Made by a program: the position numbers and the translations under genes. A stretch of 64,000 nt of DNA from Mobula hypostoma (Eukaryota), in contig NC_086097.1 in NCBI RefSeq assembly GCF_963921235.1, forward strand, positions 43,712,001-43,776,000, written 5' to 3'. Positions within the stretch are counted from its first letter, which is position 1; the number at the start of each line of letters is the position of its first letter. The notes below the pieces were generated by a model, which saw only the letters and a program-made list of their open reading frames with translations, ran no database searches and was not told the DNA's origin. Positions 63,425-64,000 of the stretch are shown piece by piece.

Positions 63425-64000
63425 CATGTGCGCACGCACCGGTCGTGCATGCAGCCTGGTACAGCTGTTCCGATCTATTCTTTTACTTCCTTCTTCTTAC
63501 TTTTTAATTTACGTTATTTTTTGTATTTTTTTCCTCACAGTTACACGTCCAAGCTGCACCCTCTCTAATATGTTGGTAGAGAGAGTTTTATTTGGGTTTT
63601 CTTTAGCGCTGGAAATGGTTACATCCCAACACGCGGGACAGAAGCAAGGTCACATTGTGTATTCCACGGACCAGCAAATTCCGGTCGGCTTAGCGAACAG
63701 AGCGGCAGACACCCCTGCTGAAATCCGGAGGAAAACACACAGAGGATGCAGAGGGAGATCACAAAGCCGAGGAAACAGGACCGGGTCGAGACAACAGAGA
63801 CTTCTGGAGAAGAGGAGTTCGGTGGGTAATACCGTTCCGCCTGACCGGCAGTGCACCGAGAGCGGTAAGCGGCGTGAAGGAGTGGGGTGCTTACTGATCT
63901 GGCTAACAACGGATGGTGCAATCCGGGGTATATTACGATCGAGGAACGTGTTTGCAGACTGGATATTGAACTTTTTACTGTTGGACTTCGGCCACATCCC
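63425..64000 (+). mobile_element. 5' region of a Rex1/Babar-like LINE (endonuclease start), running off the window
   Basis: CpG-rich segment whose 3' end translates to LANNGWCNPGYITIEERVCRLDIELFTVGLRPH, resembling the APE domain of Rex1-type ORFs. Confidence 0.65.

Noticed and set aside
36876..64000. Upstream PPP2R5C exons (MPNKNKKEK-like start and the following short exon)
   Set aside because: No convincing match was found by eye. They probably lie beyond 64000, but a very short exon could have been missed.

Overview
Vertebrate genomic DNA, most likely from a cartilaginous fish (inferred from the repeat content: CR1-dominated, HE1/V-SINE-like and Penelope-like families). The window lies inside the 5' part of a PP2A B56-gamma regulatory subunit gene (PPP2R5C) on the minus strand. 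Two coding exons missed or only partly shown by the ORF track are visible. One is an internal exon of the long N-terminal isoform (36713-36875, SSNKRS...[22 protein letters not shown]). The other is the alternative first coding exon (15726-15819, [31 protein letters not shown]), which has its own CCAAT-box promoter. Everything else is intron, heavily filled with nested transposons: a complete but decayed Gypsy LTR element (6135-10858, 5-bp TSD), many CR1 LINEs, Rex1/L2-like fragments, a Penelope-like RT/GIY-YIG element, tRNA-derived SINEs, and hAT and Tc1/Tigger remnants. The most unusual signal is a Penelope-family terminal repeat carrying a minimal hammerhead ribozyme motif (GTC-CTGANGA-stem-GAAACGTC-GAC). 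It recurs as a size series of TSD-flanked fold-back insertions (86 bp to 1.36 kb) whose short arm always stops at about the same point. No bacterial-type system (CRISPR, operon, rRNA or tRNA gene) is present. Novelty of any item cannot be established without database searches.
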